A stretch of 56,803 nt of DNA from Ramlibacter sp. (GTDB lineage Bacteria; Pseudomonadota; Gammaproteobacteria; Burkholderiales; Burkholderiaceae_C), in contig NZ_JACCWG010000161.1 of NCBI RefSeq assembly GCF_013697775.1, positions 1-56,803 on the forward strand, given 5' to 3'. Positions within the stretch are counted from its first letter, which is position 1. Each line of letters opens with the position of its first letter. Below, piece by piece: positions 36,021-45,686 of the stretch. A program made the position numbers and the translations under genes. The notes beneath the pieces are model-generated. The model did no database searches. It was given only the letters and a program-made list of their open reading frames with translations, and was not told the DNA's origin.

Positions 36021-38141
36021 TTAACGTGCCGCGGCGCGGTCGGAAATCATTTTGGGGGTGATGAACACCAGCATCTCCTGCTTTTTGGAGGAGCGCCCCT
36101 TGTTCTTGAACAAATTCCCCAGATAGGGGACATCGCCCAGCAGAGGCACGCGAGCCTCTGATTCGGTCTCGACCAGCTCGAAGATGCCGCCGATGACGAC
36201 GGTGCCGCCGTTCTCCACCAACACCTGGGTTTTCACCTTCTTGGTGTTGATGGTGATGGCGCCTTCGATGACCTGTCCGATGGCATCCTTGTTGATGTCC
36301 AGGTCGAGAATGATGTTGCCTTCCGGCGTGATCTGCGGCGTGACCTCGAGCTTGAGCGTCGCGCGCCGGAAATCGATGGACGTGGCGCCGCTGGAGGTAA
36401 ACCTTTGGTAAGGGATTTCCGTGCCTTGCTCGATCAATGCCTTGGTCTGATCCGCAGTCACGATGCGCGGGCTGGACACCAGCTTGCCCTTGCCGTCGGC
36501 TTCGAGCGCGGACAGCTCAAGATTCAGAAAACGGTTGGCAGCCGCGCTGAACAACGACAGCGCAAAACTTGCCGGTGCAAATCCGCCTTGGCCGACCGCC
36601 GGGAGGTTGAACAAGGTTGTGTTCACGGTCGAGAGCTTGTTCTCGGTTTCGGTGTTCTGCATGGACACCGCGTCGTAGGTGCCGCCGATCGAAACCCGGT
36701 TGTTGCCGCCCACGGAGTAGCCGGGGTCGCCGCCACGGATGCCGCGCAGGTCGCTGCCGCCCAGGCGCACGCCGAGCGACTTGCCGAACGTATCCGACGC
36801 TTCGACGATGCGCGCCTCGATCAGCACCTGGCGCACGGCGATGTCGATCTTGGAGATCAGCTGCTGCACCGCTTCCAGGCGATTGGGCACATCGGTCACG
36901 AAGATCTGGTTGGTGCGCGCTTCCGCGATCACGCTGCCGCGCACGCTAAGCAGGCGGGCGCTGCCGGAGCCGGTGAGCTGCACCGCGATGTCCGCGGCCT
37001 TCGTGTAGTTCAGCTGGAAGGACTGCGTGCGCAGCGGCTCCAGGCTCTGGATGGCGGCGCGGGATTCGAGCTCCAGCTTTTCCTTGGAGGCGATCTCGTC
37101 CTTCGGCGCGATCCACAGCACGTTGCCGGACTTGCGCATGCCCAGGCCCTTGGCCTGCAGGATGATGTCCAGCGCTTGGTCCCATGGAACGTCCTTCAGG
37201 CGCAGCGTCACCGCTCCGCTGACGGAGTCGGAGGTGACCACGTTGAAGTTGGTGAAGTCGGCGATCACCTGCAGCAGCGCCCGCACTTCGATGTTCTGGA
37301 AGTTGAGCGACAGCTTCTCGCCGGTGTAGCCCGGCCCCTGGCTCACCTTGTTCGGGTCGATCTTCTGCTGCCGCACCTCGATCACGAACTGGTTGTCGCT
37401 CTGGTAGGCGCTGTGCTCCCACGCGCCCTTGGGCTCGATCATCACCCGCACCCGGTCACCGCTCTGGAAGGTGGTCACCGTGTTCACCGGCGTGCCGAAA
37501 TCGGACACGTCCATGCGTCGGCGCAGGCCTTCGGGCAGCGTGGACTTCAGGAATTCCACCACCAGCGCCTGGCCCTGCTGGCGGATGTCGACACCCACCT
37601 GGTTGCTGGGCAGATCGACCACCACGCGGCCGGAGCCGTCGGGGCCGCGGCGGAAGTCCAGGTCGCGCAGCGGCTGCGTGTCGCGGTTGCGGCTTTCGGC
37701 GAAGACGGGCGCGGGCGCGGCACTGGCGGCCACGGCGCCCGAGGTGTCCAGCAGCACCAGCAGCGACTTGCCTTGCAGCTGGGTCTTGTAGCCGGTGGCG
37801 CTCTTGAGGTTCAGTACCAGACGGGTGCGGTCGCCCGACTGCACCACGTTCACCGAACGCACGTTGCCGACGTTGATGTCCACCGCCGAGCGCCCCATGG
37901 CGTTGGTCGCGCCGGGGATGTCCAGCGCGATGCGCGCCGGGCTTTGCACGGCGAAGCCGGCGGGCACCGCGGCGAGCGGCTGCGAGAAATCGATGCGCAC
38001 GATTTCGGAGCCGCCCTGGATCGAGCCGGTGACCGCCTCGATCGCCGGCTGCGCGGCGGCACCCAGGCAGAAGCAGGACGCCAGCAGGAAGCCGAGCACC
38101 GCGATCAGCCGGCGCCAGGGGGTTGCGTTGTATTGGTTCAT
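36021..38141 (-). CDS. pilQ: Type IV pilus secretin
   Basis: YTGEKLSLNFQ, LKDVPWDQALD, QVLIEARIVEA and VPLLGDVP. Confidence 0.97.
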   Translation of the reverse strand: MNQYNATPWRRLIAVLGFLLASCFCLGAAAQPAIEAVTGSIQGGSEIVRIDFSQPLAAVPAGFAVQSPARIALDIPGATNAMGRSAVDINVGNVRSVNVVQSGDRTRLVLNLKSATGYKTQLQGKSLLVLLDTSGAVAASAAPAPVFAESRNRDTQPLRDLDFRRGPDGSGRVVVDLPSNQVGVDIRQQGQALVVEFLKSTLPEGLRRRMDVSDFGTPVNTVTTFQSGDRVRVMIEPKGAWEHSAYQSDNQFVIEVRQQKIDPNKVSQGPGYTGEKLSLNFQNIEVRALLQVIADFTNFNVVTSDSVSGAVTLRLKDVPWDQALDIILQAKGLGMRKSGNVLWIAPKDEIASKEKLELESRAAIQSLEPLRTQSFQLNYTKAADIAVQLTGSGSARLLSVRGSVIAEARTNQIFVTDVPNRLEAVQQLISKIDIAVRQVLIEARIVEASDTFGKSLGVRLGGSDLRGIRGGDPGYSVGGNNRVSIGGTYDAVSMQNTETENKLSTVNTTLFNLPAVGQGGFAPASFALSLFSAAANRFLNLELSALEADGKGKLVSSPRIVTADQTKALIEQGTEIPYQRFTSSGATSIDFRRATLKLEVTPQITPEGNIILDLDINKDAIGQVIEGAITINTKKVKTQVLVENGGTVVIGGIFELVETESEARVPLLGDVPYLGNLFKNKGRSSKKQEMLVFITPKMISDRAAAR

Positions 38142-38680
38142 TTCGACCTCTCTTGCAGCTGCAGCGCAGCCGTGCGCTCCGTCCATTCGCCGGCGGCGTC
38201 TTGCACCAGCTCGCGCAGCACCAGTTCGCTTTCTGTCACTTTGGTAATGCGTCCATAGTTCTGTCCCAGGTAGTTGCCCGGCCGCACCTGGTAGAGCAGG
38301 TTGTCCACCCGCACCAGCGCCACAGGCTGGCCCAGCTTGACCAGGCTGCCCACCATGCTCATGGCATCCAGCGGAAAACCTTCCAGGGGCTCGCGCCGGC
38401 GGTTGAGTTCCGGCTGGATCAGCGCGGAACTGGCCGCGCTTTGTGTCGATTCCCGCTTGAGGGCCTGTGCCAGCTTCTGGTTGCTGAACGGGTCGGTCGC
38501 GGCTTCCTGCGTGTACGGCTCGGGCGTGTATTTCTTCGGCTCCGGAATGGGCTGGATATTGGGTTTGGTCTGGACGCGCTGCTCGGCCATCCATTTGGCG
38601 AGTTCGTCCTGGTCGGAGCTGCCGCAGGCCGACAGGCCGAGCGCGGCCAGCAGGGTCAAGGAGAGGGTGCGGGCCTTCAT
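38138..38680 (-). CDS. pilP: Type IV pilus assembly lipoprotein
   Basis: Lipobox LSAC, REPLEGFPLD and GNYLGQNYG. Confidence 0.95.
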   Translation of the reverse strand: MKARTLSLTLLAALGLSACGSSDQDELAKWMAEQRVQTKPNIQPIPEPKKYTPEPYTQEAATDPFSNQKLAQALKRESTQSAASSALIQPELNRRREPLEGFPLDAMSMVGSLVKLGQPVALVRVDNLLYQVRPGNYLGQNYGRITKVTESELVLRELVQDAAGEWTERTAALQLQERSK

Positions 38681-39345
38681 TTCTTCGTCGCCGGTGCAGC
38701 CTTCTGCTGCGCAGCGATCTCGTCCTTGTCGAGGTAGCGGAAGGTCTTGGCCGTGGCGTCAAGGGTCAGCACACCGTCCTTGGCGGGAGAAATCCCCAGG
38801 TTGTTCAAGGTCACGATGCGCGACAGAAAGGCGATGTCCGAAGCGAAGGCGCCGACGTCGTGGTATTTGCCGGTGACGCGCAAGGTGATCGGCAGCTCCG
38901 CGTAGTACTCCTTGACGTTCACCAGGCCGGGGCGGAACAGCTCGAAATGCAGGCTGCGGCCCAGGCCGGCCTGGTTGATGTCCGACAGCAGTGCGTCCAT
39001 TTCAGCCTTGCTGGGCAGCTGCTTTTCCAGCTGCGTCACGTACTGCTGCACCTGTTCGCGCTGCTTGCGCAAGGCCTCCAGGTTCACCGCCTGCGCCAGC
39101 TTCTTCTTGTAATCTTCACGCAGCGCCAGTTCCTTTTTCTGCTCCGCTTCCAGCTCGTCGGCCGAGGTGTTCAGCCAGGCGAACCACAGGGCCACGACGA
39201 TGGCGGCCATGAGGGCGAGATACAGCAGCGCGCGCGGCAGCGCGGGCCAGGAGGACGGGTCGTTGCGGTTGAGGCCCTGGAACTGCGCGCGCAGCGATTG
39301 CTGCAGTGCGCCTGTATCCAGTTTCGGTGCGGAAAGAGTTGCCAT
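38677..39345 (-). CDS. pilO: Type IV pilus assembly protein
   Basis: QLPSKAEMDALL, YYAELPI and LSRIVTL. Confidence 0.95.
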   Translation of the reverse strand: MATLSAPKLDTGALQQSLRAQFQGLNRNDPSSWPALPRALLYLALMAAIVVALWFAWLNTSADELEAEQKKELALREDYKKKLAQAVNLEALRKQREQVQQYVTQLEKQLPSKAEMDALLSDINQAGLGRSLHFELFRPGLVNVKEYYAELPITLRVTGKYHDVGAFASDIAFLSRIVTLNNLGISPAKDGVLTLDATAKTFRYLDKDEIAAQQKAAPATKK

Positions 39346-39350
39346 GGCGG

Positions 39351-39983
39351 TCAGGTCTTGGCCGGAACGGAGGAAGCCGATGCCGCGGCACCGCTCGCTG
39401 CGGCGCCCGGTTTCTGGATTTCGCTGGAACGCAGCAGGCGCACGCGAATGTTGAAGTTGGACACGCGGCGCTGGTCGCGTCCGCCCAGGCTGACGCTGCC
39501 GGCCACGATTTCGACCAGCTCCGGGCGCGTCAGCCAGGGGCTGTTGTTGCCCAGGTTGCGCAGCAGCTCGGACACCCGCTCGTTGGACTGCGCCACGCCC
39601 TGGATGGCGACGGTCTGCGCTTCCTGCTTCAAGGTGGTGACGTAGACGCCGTCGGGCAGCTGCTTGACCAGTTCGTTGAGCAGGTGCACCGGCATGTTGC
39701 GGTCGGCCTGCAGGTCTTCCACCGCCTGCTGGCGCGCGCGCAGGGCGGCGATTTCCTGCTGCAGGTTGGCAATGTCCTTGATCTGCGCCTCGAGCCGCTT
39801 GATCTCGCTTTGCAGCACGGCGTTGCGGGTCTGCTGGGTGGAGATCTGCGCGGCGAACCAGAGGAACACCATGCCGGCCACGATGCCGCCGGCCAGCGCC
39901 GAGGCGCCGAGCGCGGCATAGAAGTTTTCCTTGCGGCGCTTGCGGGCCGCTTCGCGGTGCGGCAGCAGGTTGATCAGGATCAC
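39351..39983 (-). CDS. pilN: Type IV pilus assembly protein
   Basis: INLLPHRE N-terminal motif; GTG overlapping pilM stop. Confidence 0.95.
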   Translation of the reverse strand: MILINLLPHREAARKRRKENFYAALGASALAGGIVAGMVFLWFAAQISTQQTRNAVLQSEIKRLEAQIKDIANLQQEIAALRARQQAVEDLQADRNMPVHLLNELVKQLPDGVYVTTLKQEAQTVAIQGVAQSNERVSELLRNLGNNSPWLTRPELVEIVAGSVSLGGRDQRRVSNFNIRVRLLRSSEIQKPGAAASGAAASASSVPAKT

Positions 39984-41059
39984 TGCTCGAACCTCCGCAT
40001 GGCCAGGCCGCACGAGGTGAGATAGGACGGCGCCTCACGCCGCACCTTCTTTTCGCGCACCGGCGAGCCGAACTGCATGCCCTGGAACGGGTCGGCCAGG
40101 GAACAGGCGAACGAGGTCTGCGCCGTCACCGCGTTGGTCAGGCCCGGCAGGGCGGCGGAGCCGCCGGCCAGCAGGATGTAGTCGACCCGGTTGTGCGGCG
40201 TGCTGGTGAAGAAGAACTGCAGCGCGCGCGCGATTTCCTGCGACATGCTGTCCACGAAGGGCTTGAGAACGCTGGACTCGTAGTCCTCGGGCAGGTCGCC
40301 GCTGCGCTTCTTGGTCTCGGCCTCTTCCTGCGAGAAGCCGTATTGCCGCACGACCAGCTGTGTGAGCTGCGCGCCGCCGAACGCCTGGTCGCGGTCGTAC
40401 AGCACTTCGTCGTTGCGCAGCACTTGCATGCTGGTGTTGGAGGCACCGACTTCGAACAGCGCCACCATCAGGTCCAGCCCCTCGTTGGGCAGCGACTGGA
40501 TCAGGCGGCTGGCGGCCAGGCGCGAGGCATAGGATTCGACGTCAACGATCACCGGCTTCAGCCCGGCGGCTTCGGCCAGGCCCTGGCGGTCCTGCACCTT
40601 CTCGCGGCGGGAGGCGGCGATCAGCACTTCCACGTCGCCGGCGGACGAGGGGCTGGGGCCCACCACGCAGAAGTCGAGGCTGACCTCGTCCAGCGAGAAG
40701 GGGATGTACTGGTTGGCCTCGGATTCGACCTGGACTTCGAGCTCCTGCTCGGTCAAGCCCCCTGGCAGAATGATTTTCTTGGTGATGACCGCGGAAGCGG
40801 GAAGCGCCATCGCGACGTTCCTGGTGCGGCTGCCGCTTTTCTTCACCACCCGGCGCATGGCCTCGGCGACTTCGTCGAATTTCTCGACATTGCCGTCCGT
40901 GATCCAGCCGCGCTCCAATGGCTCGATGGCGCAGCGTTCCAGGATCAGGTTGCCGTCGCTGTCACGGCCGAGCTCGACCAGCTTCAGACTGGACGAGCTG
41001 ATGTCCAGGCCCAGCAGGGGGGGCTGCTGCTTTCTGAACAATGAACCCAAAGAGATCAA
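39980..41059 (-). CDS. pilM: Type IV pilus assembly protein (actin-like)
   Basis: LGLDISSS.LK, YIPFSLDEV and LAGGSA; TTG start with AGGAGG SD. Confidence 0.96.
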   Translation of the reverse strand: MISLGSLFRKQQPPLLGLDISSSSLKLVELGRDSDGNLILERCAIEPLERGWITDGNVEKFDEVAEAMRRVVKKSGSRTRNVAMALPASAVITKKIILPGGLTEQELEVQVESEANQYIPFSLDEVSLDFCVVGPSPSSAGDVEVLIAASRREKVQDRQGLAEAAGLKPVIVDVESYASRLAASRLIQSLPNEGLDLMVALFEVGASNTSMQVLRNDEVLYDRDQAFGGAQLTQLVVRQYGFSQEEAETKKRSGDLPEDYESSVLKPFVDSMSQEIARALQFFFTSTPHNRVDYILLAGGSAALPGLTNAVTAQTSFACSLADPFQGMQFGSPVREKKVRREAPSYLTSCGLAMRRFEQ

Positions 41060-41114
41060 GCCGGCCTCCTGAAGCAGTATTTCTAATGCGTAACAAACTT
41101 AAGATTCCACTTCA

Positions 41115-41142
41115 ATGCTAGCAGTAACATCCTTGTCGCCAA
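41115..41142 (-). promoter_or_regulatory. Candidate pilM promoter TTGGCG-N16-TAGCAT with extended -10 TG
   Basis: Motif match in the AT-rich intergenic region. Confidence 0.4.
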
Positions 41143-41289
41143 AGGATTTTTCCGCCGTGCTCAACTTCCCGTTGCCAAAAACTGACGAGCCAGCCCGCAG
41201 TGCTGCCGAGCTGTGAAATCCTTGGCATCCGCTCACTGCAATGTAGAAAAACGGCTTACTCAATCCCATTTAGCCCGCCGTCCGGTTTC

Positions 41290-41295
41290 TATAAT
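41290..41295 (+). promoter_or_regulatory. Consensus -10 TATAAT for mrcA
   Basis: Perfect hexamer 29 nt upstream of ATG; GGAG SD. Confidence 0.6.
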
Positions 41296-41324
41296 CGGCC
41301 GGCCAGGGATGCCCTTGGAGACGT

Positions 41325-43829
41325 ATGTCCTCTGATTCACCTACCCCCGATCCCGGCTCCTCCCGTTCCGCCCGCTCGCCGCTGGTCCGCACCTTGTTGC
41401 GGGTCGCGATGTGGATCGGCGGGCTGGCGCTGGCCGGCATCGTGTCCGTGGCGGCCGTCGTGGGCCTCGGGCTCGCCGTTGCCTACCCCAACCTGCCGGA
41501 CCTGTCCGAGCTGGCCGACTACCGCCCCAAGCTGCCGCTGCGCATCTTCTCGGTCGAAGGCACGCTGATCGGCGAATTCGGCGAGGAGCGCCGCAACCTC
41601 ACGCCGATCGACCAGATTCCCGCGGTGATGAAGAACGCGGTGCTGGCCATCGAGGACGCGCGGTTCTATTCGCACGGCGGCGTGGACTACAAGGGCCTGC
41701 TGCGCGCCGGCATCGCCAACCTGGGGCGCGCCAAGAGCCAGGGCGCCTCCACCATCACCATGCAGGTGGCGCGCAACGTGTACCTGTCGTCGGAAAAAAC
41801 GTTCACGCGCAAGCTGTACGAGGTGCTGCTCACGTTCAAGCTTGAACACTTGCTGACGAAGAACCAGATCCTCGAGATCTACATGAACCAGATCTTCCTG
41901 GGCAACCGCGCCTACGGGTTCGCGGCCGCCTCGGAAGCGTATTTCGGCAAGCCCCTGAAGGACATCAGCATCGCCGAGGCCGCCATGCTGGCCGGCCTGC
42001 CCAAGTCACCCTCGGGCAACAACCCCATCACCAACTTTGCGCGCGCACGCCAGCGCCAGCTCTACATCATCGAGCGGATGCAGGACAACGGCTTCATCAC
42101 CGCCGAACAGGCCGAAGTCGCGAAGAAGGAGGAGCTGAAGATCCGCTCGGGCGCGCCCACGCTGCCGGTGCACGCCGAATACATCGCCGAGACCGTGCGC
42201 CAGCTGATGTTCGCGCAGTACGGCGACGACACCTACACGCGCGGCCTGAACGTGTTCACCACCGTCAAGGCCGACGAGCAGGAAGCCGCGTACAAGGCCC
42301 TGCGCAAGGGCATCATGGACTACGAGAAGCGGCAGATCTACCGCGGCCCCGAGGAGTTCGTCGACCTGCCCTCCAACCCCAAGGAACTGGACGAGGCGGT
42401 CGAGGACGCGCTGTCCGACCATCCGGACAACGGCGACGTGCTGGCCGCCGTGGTGCTGGAAGCCAACCCGAAGAAGATCGTCGCCACGCGCCTCACGGGC
42501 GAGCGCATGGAGATCATGGGCGAAGGCCTGCGGGCGGGGCAGTCGGGCCTGTCGGACAAGGCACCGCCCAAGATCAAGATCCGCCGCGGCGCGGTGATCC
42601 GCGCGATGAAAACCGCCAAGGGCACCTGGGAGATCACCCAGCTGCCCGAAGTGGAAGGCGCCTTCGTGGCGCTGGACCCGCGCGACGGCGGCGTGCGCGC
42701 GCTGGTGGGCGGCTTCGACTTCAACAAGAACAAGTTCAACCACGTCACGCAGGCGTGGCGCCAGCCGGGCTCGGGCTTCAAGCCCTTCATCTATTCGGCC
42801 GCACTGGAAAAGGGCTTCACGCCCACCACCATGGTGAACGACGCGCCGCTGTTCTTCGACGCCGGCGTCACCGGCGGCCAGCCCTGGGAGCCGAAGAACT
42901 ACGACGGCAAATTCGAAGGCCCGATGCCGCTGCACACGGCGCTGGCCAAGTCCAAGAACATGGTGTCGATCCGCGTGCTGCAGGCGGTGGGCGCGCAGAA
43001 CGCGCAGGAGTGGATCACGCGCTTTGGTTTCGAGGCGGAAAAGCACCCGCCCTACCTGACGATGGCGCTGGGCGCCGGCTCGGTCACGCCGATGCAGATG
43101 GCCACCGGCTATGCCGTGTTCGCCAACGGCGGCTACCGCGTCAACCCCTGGCTGATCACCAAGATCGTCGACCAGAAGGGCAAGGTGCTGGTGGAAAGCC
43201 AACCGCCGCTGCCCAATGAATCGGTGCGCGCCATCGATGCGCGCAACGCCTTCGTCATGGACCGCCTGCTGGGCGAGATCACGCGCTCGGGCACTGCGGC
43301 CAAGGTGTACCAGACCTTCAAGCGCCCCGACCTGTACGGCAAGACCGGCACCACCAACGACTCCATCGACACCTGGTTCAACGGCTTCCACCCGACGGTG
43401 GTGGCGGTCGTCTGGATGGGCTACGACCAGCCCAAGTCGCTGGGCGACAAGGAAACCGGCGGCGGCCTGAGCCTGCCGGTTTGGATCGATTACATGCAGA
43501 CGGCGCTCAAGGGCGTGCCGCAGATGGAGCCCACCGCGCCCGAGGGCGTGGTCAACGTCAACGGCGAGTGGTACTACGAGGAATATGCGCGCGGCGGCGG
43601 TGTCGGCAGCGTGGGCATGTCGTCCGGCGGCGGCGGCGCCCCGGTGGATGCGGGCGGCGGCGCGCACGTGGATCCCGGCACGCCGCGCGTCGCCGGTCCC
43701 TCGGGCGAACGCACGCCCGGCGTGCCCGGCGTGCCCGGCGACCGCAGCCTGATGAACTCCGACGGCCAGCCGCCCACCCGCCCGCAAAACGAGGAGCGGC
43801 GCAGCATCCTGGACCTGTTCAGGAACTGA
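41325..43829 (+). CDS. mrcA: Penicillin-binding protein 1A
   Basis: EDARF, GASTITMQ, SGFK, SKN and KTG motifs; divergent from pilM. Confidence 0.96.
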   Translation: MSSDSPTPDPGSSRSARSPLVRTLLRVAMWIGGLALAGIVSVAAVVGLGLAVAYPNLPDLSELADYRPKLPLRIFSVEGTLIGEFGEERRNLTPIDQIPAVMKNAVLAIEDARFYSHGGVDYKGLLRAGIANLGRAKSQGASTITMQVARNVYLSSEKTFTRKLYEVLLTFKLEHLLTKNQILEIYMNQIFLGNRAYGFAAASEAYFGKPLKDISIAEAAMLAGLPKSPSGNNPITNFARARQRQLYIIERMQDNGFITAEQAEVAKKEELKIRSGAPTLPVHAEYIAETVRQLMFAQYGDDTYTRGLNVFTTVKADEQEAAYKALRKGIMDYEKRQIYRGPEEFVDLPSNPKELDEAVEDALSDHPDNGDVLAAVVLEANPKKIVATRLTGERMEIMGEGLRAGQSGLSDKAPPKIKIRRGAVIRAMKTAKGTWEITQLPEVEGAFVALDPRDGGVRALVGGFDFNKNKFNHVTQAWRQPGSGFKPFIYSAALEKGFTPTTMVNDAPLFFDAGVTGGQPWEPKNYDGKFEGPMPLHTALAKSKNMVSIRVLQAVGAQNAQEWITRFGFEAEKHPPYLTMALGAGSVTPMQMATGYAVFANGGYRVNPWLITKIVDQKGKVLVESQPPLPNESVRAIDARNAFVMDRLLGEITRSGTAAKVYQTFKRPDLYGKTGTTNDSIDTWFNGFHPTVVAVVWMGYDQPKSLGDKETGGGLSLPVWIDYMQTALKGVPQMEPTAPEGVVNVNGEWYYEEYARGGGVGSVGMSSGGGGAPVDAGGGAHVDPGTPRVAGPSGERTPGVPGVPGDRSLMNSDGQPPTRPQNEERRSILDLFRN

Positions 43830-44151
43830 AATCCAGCACCAGGGCGGCCTGCTCGCCGGCGTAGCGCGACAGGTCTGCGAGGAATTCGCCGCGCGTCTTG
43901 GTATCGCGCCATTGCCCCGCGGCGTCCAGCTTGTAATGGAAACCGCCGGCGCGTGCCGCCATCCACACCTCTTCCAGGGGCTTTTGCATGTTGACGATGA
44001 TCTGGCTGCCGTTCGGAAAACTCAGCGTGACCATGCCGCCCGTGCGCTGGTTGTCGATGTCGGCGTCGGTGCGGTCGTTGATGCGATCGCAGCAGGCCTC
44101 GATGTGCGTCAGCAGCGCTTCCGCGCGGTCGAGGTAGTCGAAATCGCTCAT
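43819..44151 (-). CDS. cyaY: Frataxin-like iron donor
   Basis: IIVN.QKPL.EVWMAA.AGGFHY. Confidence 0.95.
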   Translation of the reverse strand: MSDFDYLDRAEALLTHIEACCDRINDRTDADIDNQRTGGMVTLSFPNGSQIIVNMQKPLEEVWMAARAGGFHYKLDAAGQWRDTKTRGEFLADLSRYAGEQAALVLDFSS

Positions 44152-44163
44152 TACAATCCGCCG

Positions 44164-44400
44164 ATGTTCAATGTTGTTCCCGAAATTCTAGTCAGCGCGC
44201 CGGCGCGGCGGCTTGCCCTTGCGGCTTGCATGGTCGCGATGCTGGCGGCCTGCGGCCAGAAGGGACCGCTGATGCTGCCCACGGGCGCGCAGGCGTCCGG
44301 GCGTGCCACGCTGCCCCAGACCCTCAGCCCCGCTGGCGCACCGGCCGCGCCCGCTTCCGCTCCGCCCACGGGCACCGCTTCTCCGGTACGCGTCGAATGA
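44164..44400 (+). CDS. lptM: Small lipoprotein, LptM/YifL family
   Basis: LAAC-GQKGPLMLP; cyaY-lipoprotein-lysA synteny. Confidence 0.85.
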   Translation: MFNVVPEILVSAPARRLALAACMVAMLAACGQKGPLMLPTGAQASGRATLPQTLSPAGAPAAPASAPPTGTASPVRVE

Positions 44401-45686
44401 AAGACATCCAACTTCCCGGCGGTCCGCATTTCGCGTACCGCGATGGCGAACTGCACGCCGAACAGGTGGCGCTGTCCGCCCTGGCGCGCGAGCACGGCAC
44501 GCCGCTGTTCGTCTATTCCAAGGCGGCCATGCTGGCGGCACTGGGCGCCTACCAGCGCGGCTTCGCCGGGCGCAAGGCGAAGATCTTCTACGCCGTGAAG
44601 GCGAACTCGTCGCTTGCCGTGCTGCAGGTGTTCGCGCAGGCCGGCTGCGGCTTCGACATCGTGTCGGGCGGCGAACTGGAACGCGCCCTCGCCGCGGGCG
44701 GCAAGCCGGCCGACGTGATCTTCTCCGGCGTCGGCAAGACGCGCGCCGAGATGCAGCGCGCCCTGGAACTGGGCATCGGCTGCTTCAACGTCGAGAGCGA
44801 GGAAGAGCTCGACGTGTTGAACGAGGTCGCGACGCGCGTGGGCCGCACCGCCACCGTGAGCCTGCGCGTCAACCCCGACGTGGACGCCAAAACCCACCCC
44901 TACATCTCCACCGGCCTGAAGGGCAACAAGTTCGGCATTGCCAGCGACCGCACGGTGCAGGCGTACCGCCACGCGGCCGGCCTGCCCGGCTTGAATGTGG
45001 CCGGCATCGACTGCCACATCGGCTCGCAGATCACCGAATCGGCGCCGTTCCTGGACGCGCTGGACCGGGTGCTGGACATGGTGGCCGCGGTGGAAGCCGC
45101 TGGCATCCGGCTGCAGCACGTCGACTTCGGCGGCGGCCTGGGCATCGGCTATGAAGAGGACAACCAGCCGCCGCAGGCCGACGCGCTGTGGAAGCAGCTG
45201 TTCGCGAAGCTGGATGCGCGCGGCTACGGCGACCGCATGGTGATGGCCGAGCCCGGCCGCTCGCTGGTGGGCAACGCGGGCATCTGCCTCACCGAGGTGC
45301 TGTACCTGAAGCCCGGCGAGCAAAAGCAGTTCGTCGTGATCGACGCCGCCATGAACGACCTGCCGCGCCCGGCCATGTACCAGGCCTTCCACGCCATCAT
45401 GCCGGTGCGCGAAGCGCCCAACGGCGCTGGCGGCACCTACGACGTGGTCGGCCCGGTGTGCGAAAGCGGCGACTGGATCGGCCGCGACCGCACGCTGGCC
45501 ACTCAGCCTGGCGACGTGCTGGCCGTGCTGTCGGCCGGCGCGTACTGCATGAGCATGGCCAGCAACTACAACACCCGCGGCCGCGCCGCCGAGGTGCTGG
45601 TGGATGCCGCCAAAGCCACGCTGATCCGCGAGCGCGAAACCATCGACGATCAGCTGCGCAAGGAAAAGCTGCTGCCGGCGGGCTGA
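44397..45686 (+). CDS. lysA: Diaminopimelate decarboxylase
   Basis: YAVKAN, HIGSQ, GGGLG, EPGRS and VGPVCESGD. Confidence 0.97.
   Translation: MKDIQLPGGPHFAYRDGELHAEQVALSALAREHGTPLFVYSKAAMLAALGAYQRGFAGRKAKIFYAVKANSSLAVLQVFAQAGCGFDIVSGGELERALAAGGKPADVIFSGVGKTRAEMQRALELGIGCFNVESEEELDVLNEVATRVGRTATVSLRVNPDVDAKTHPYISTGLKGNKFGIASDRTVQAYRHAAGLPGLNVAGIDCHIGSQITESAPFLDALDRVLDMVAAVEAAGIRLQHVDFGGGLGIGYEEDNQPPQADALWKQLFAKLDARGYGDRMVMAEPGRSLVGNAGICLTEVLYLKPGEQKQFVVIDAAMNDLPRPAMYQAFHAIMPVREAPNGAGGTYDVVGPVCESGDWIGRDRTLATQPGDVLAVLSAGAYCMSMASNYNTRGRAAEVLVDAAKATLIRERETIDDQLRKEKLLPAG

Noticed and set aside
45650-45686. 37-bp convergent overlap of lysA and msrQ
   Set aside because: Short 3' overlaps are common in high-GC genomes; both proteins look complete.
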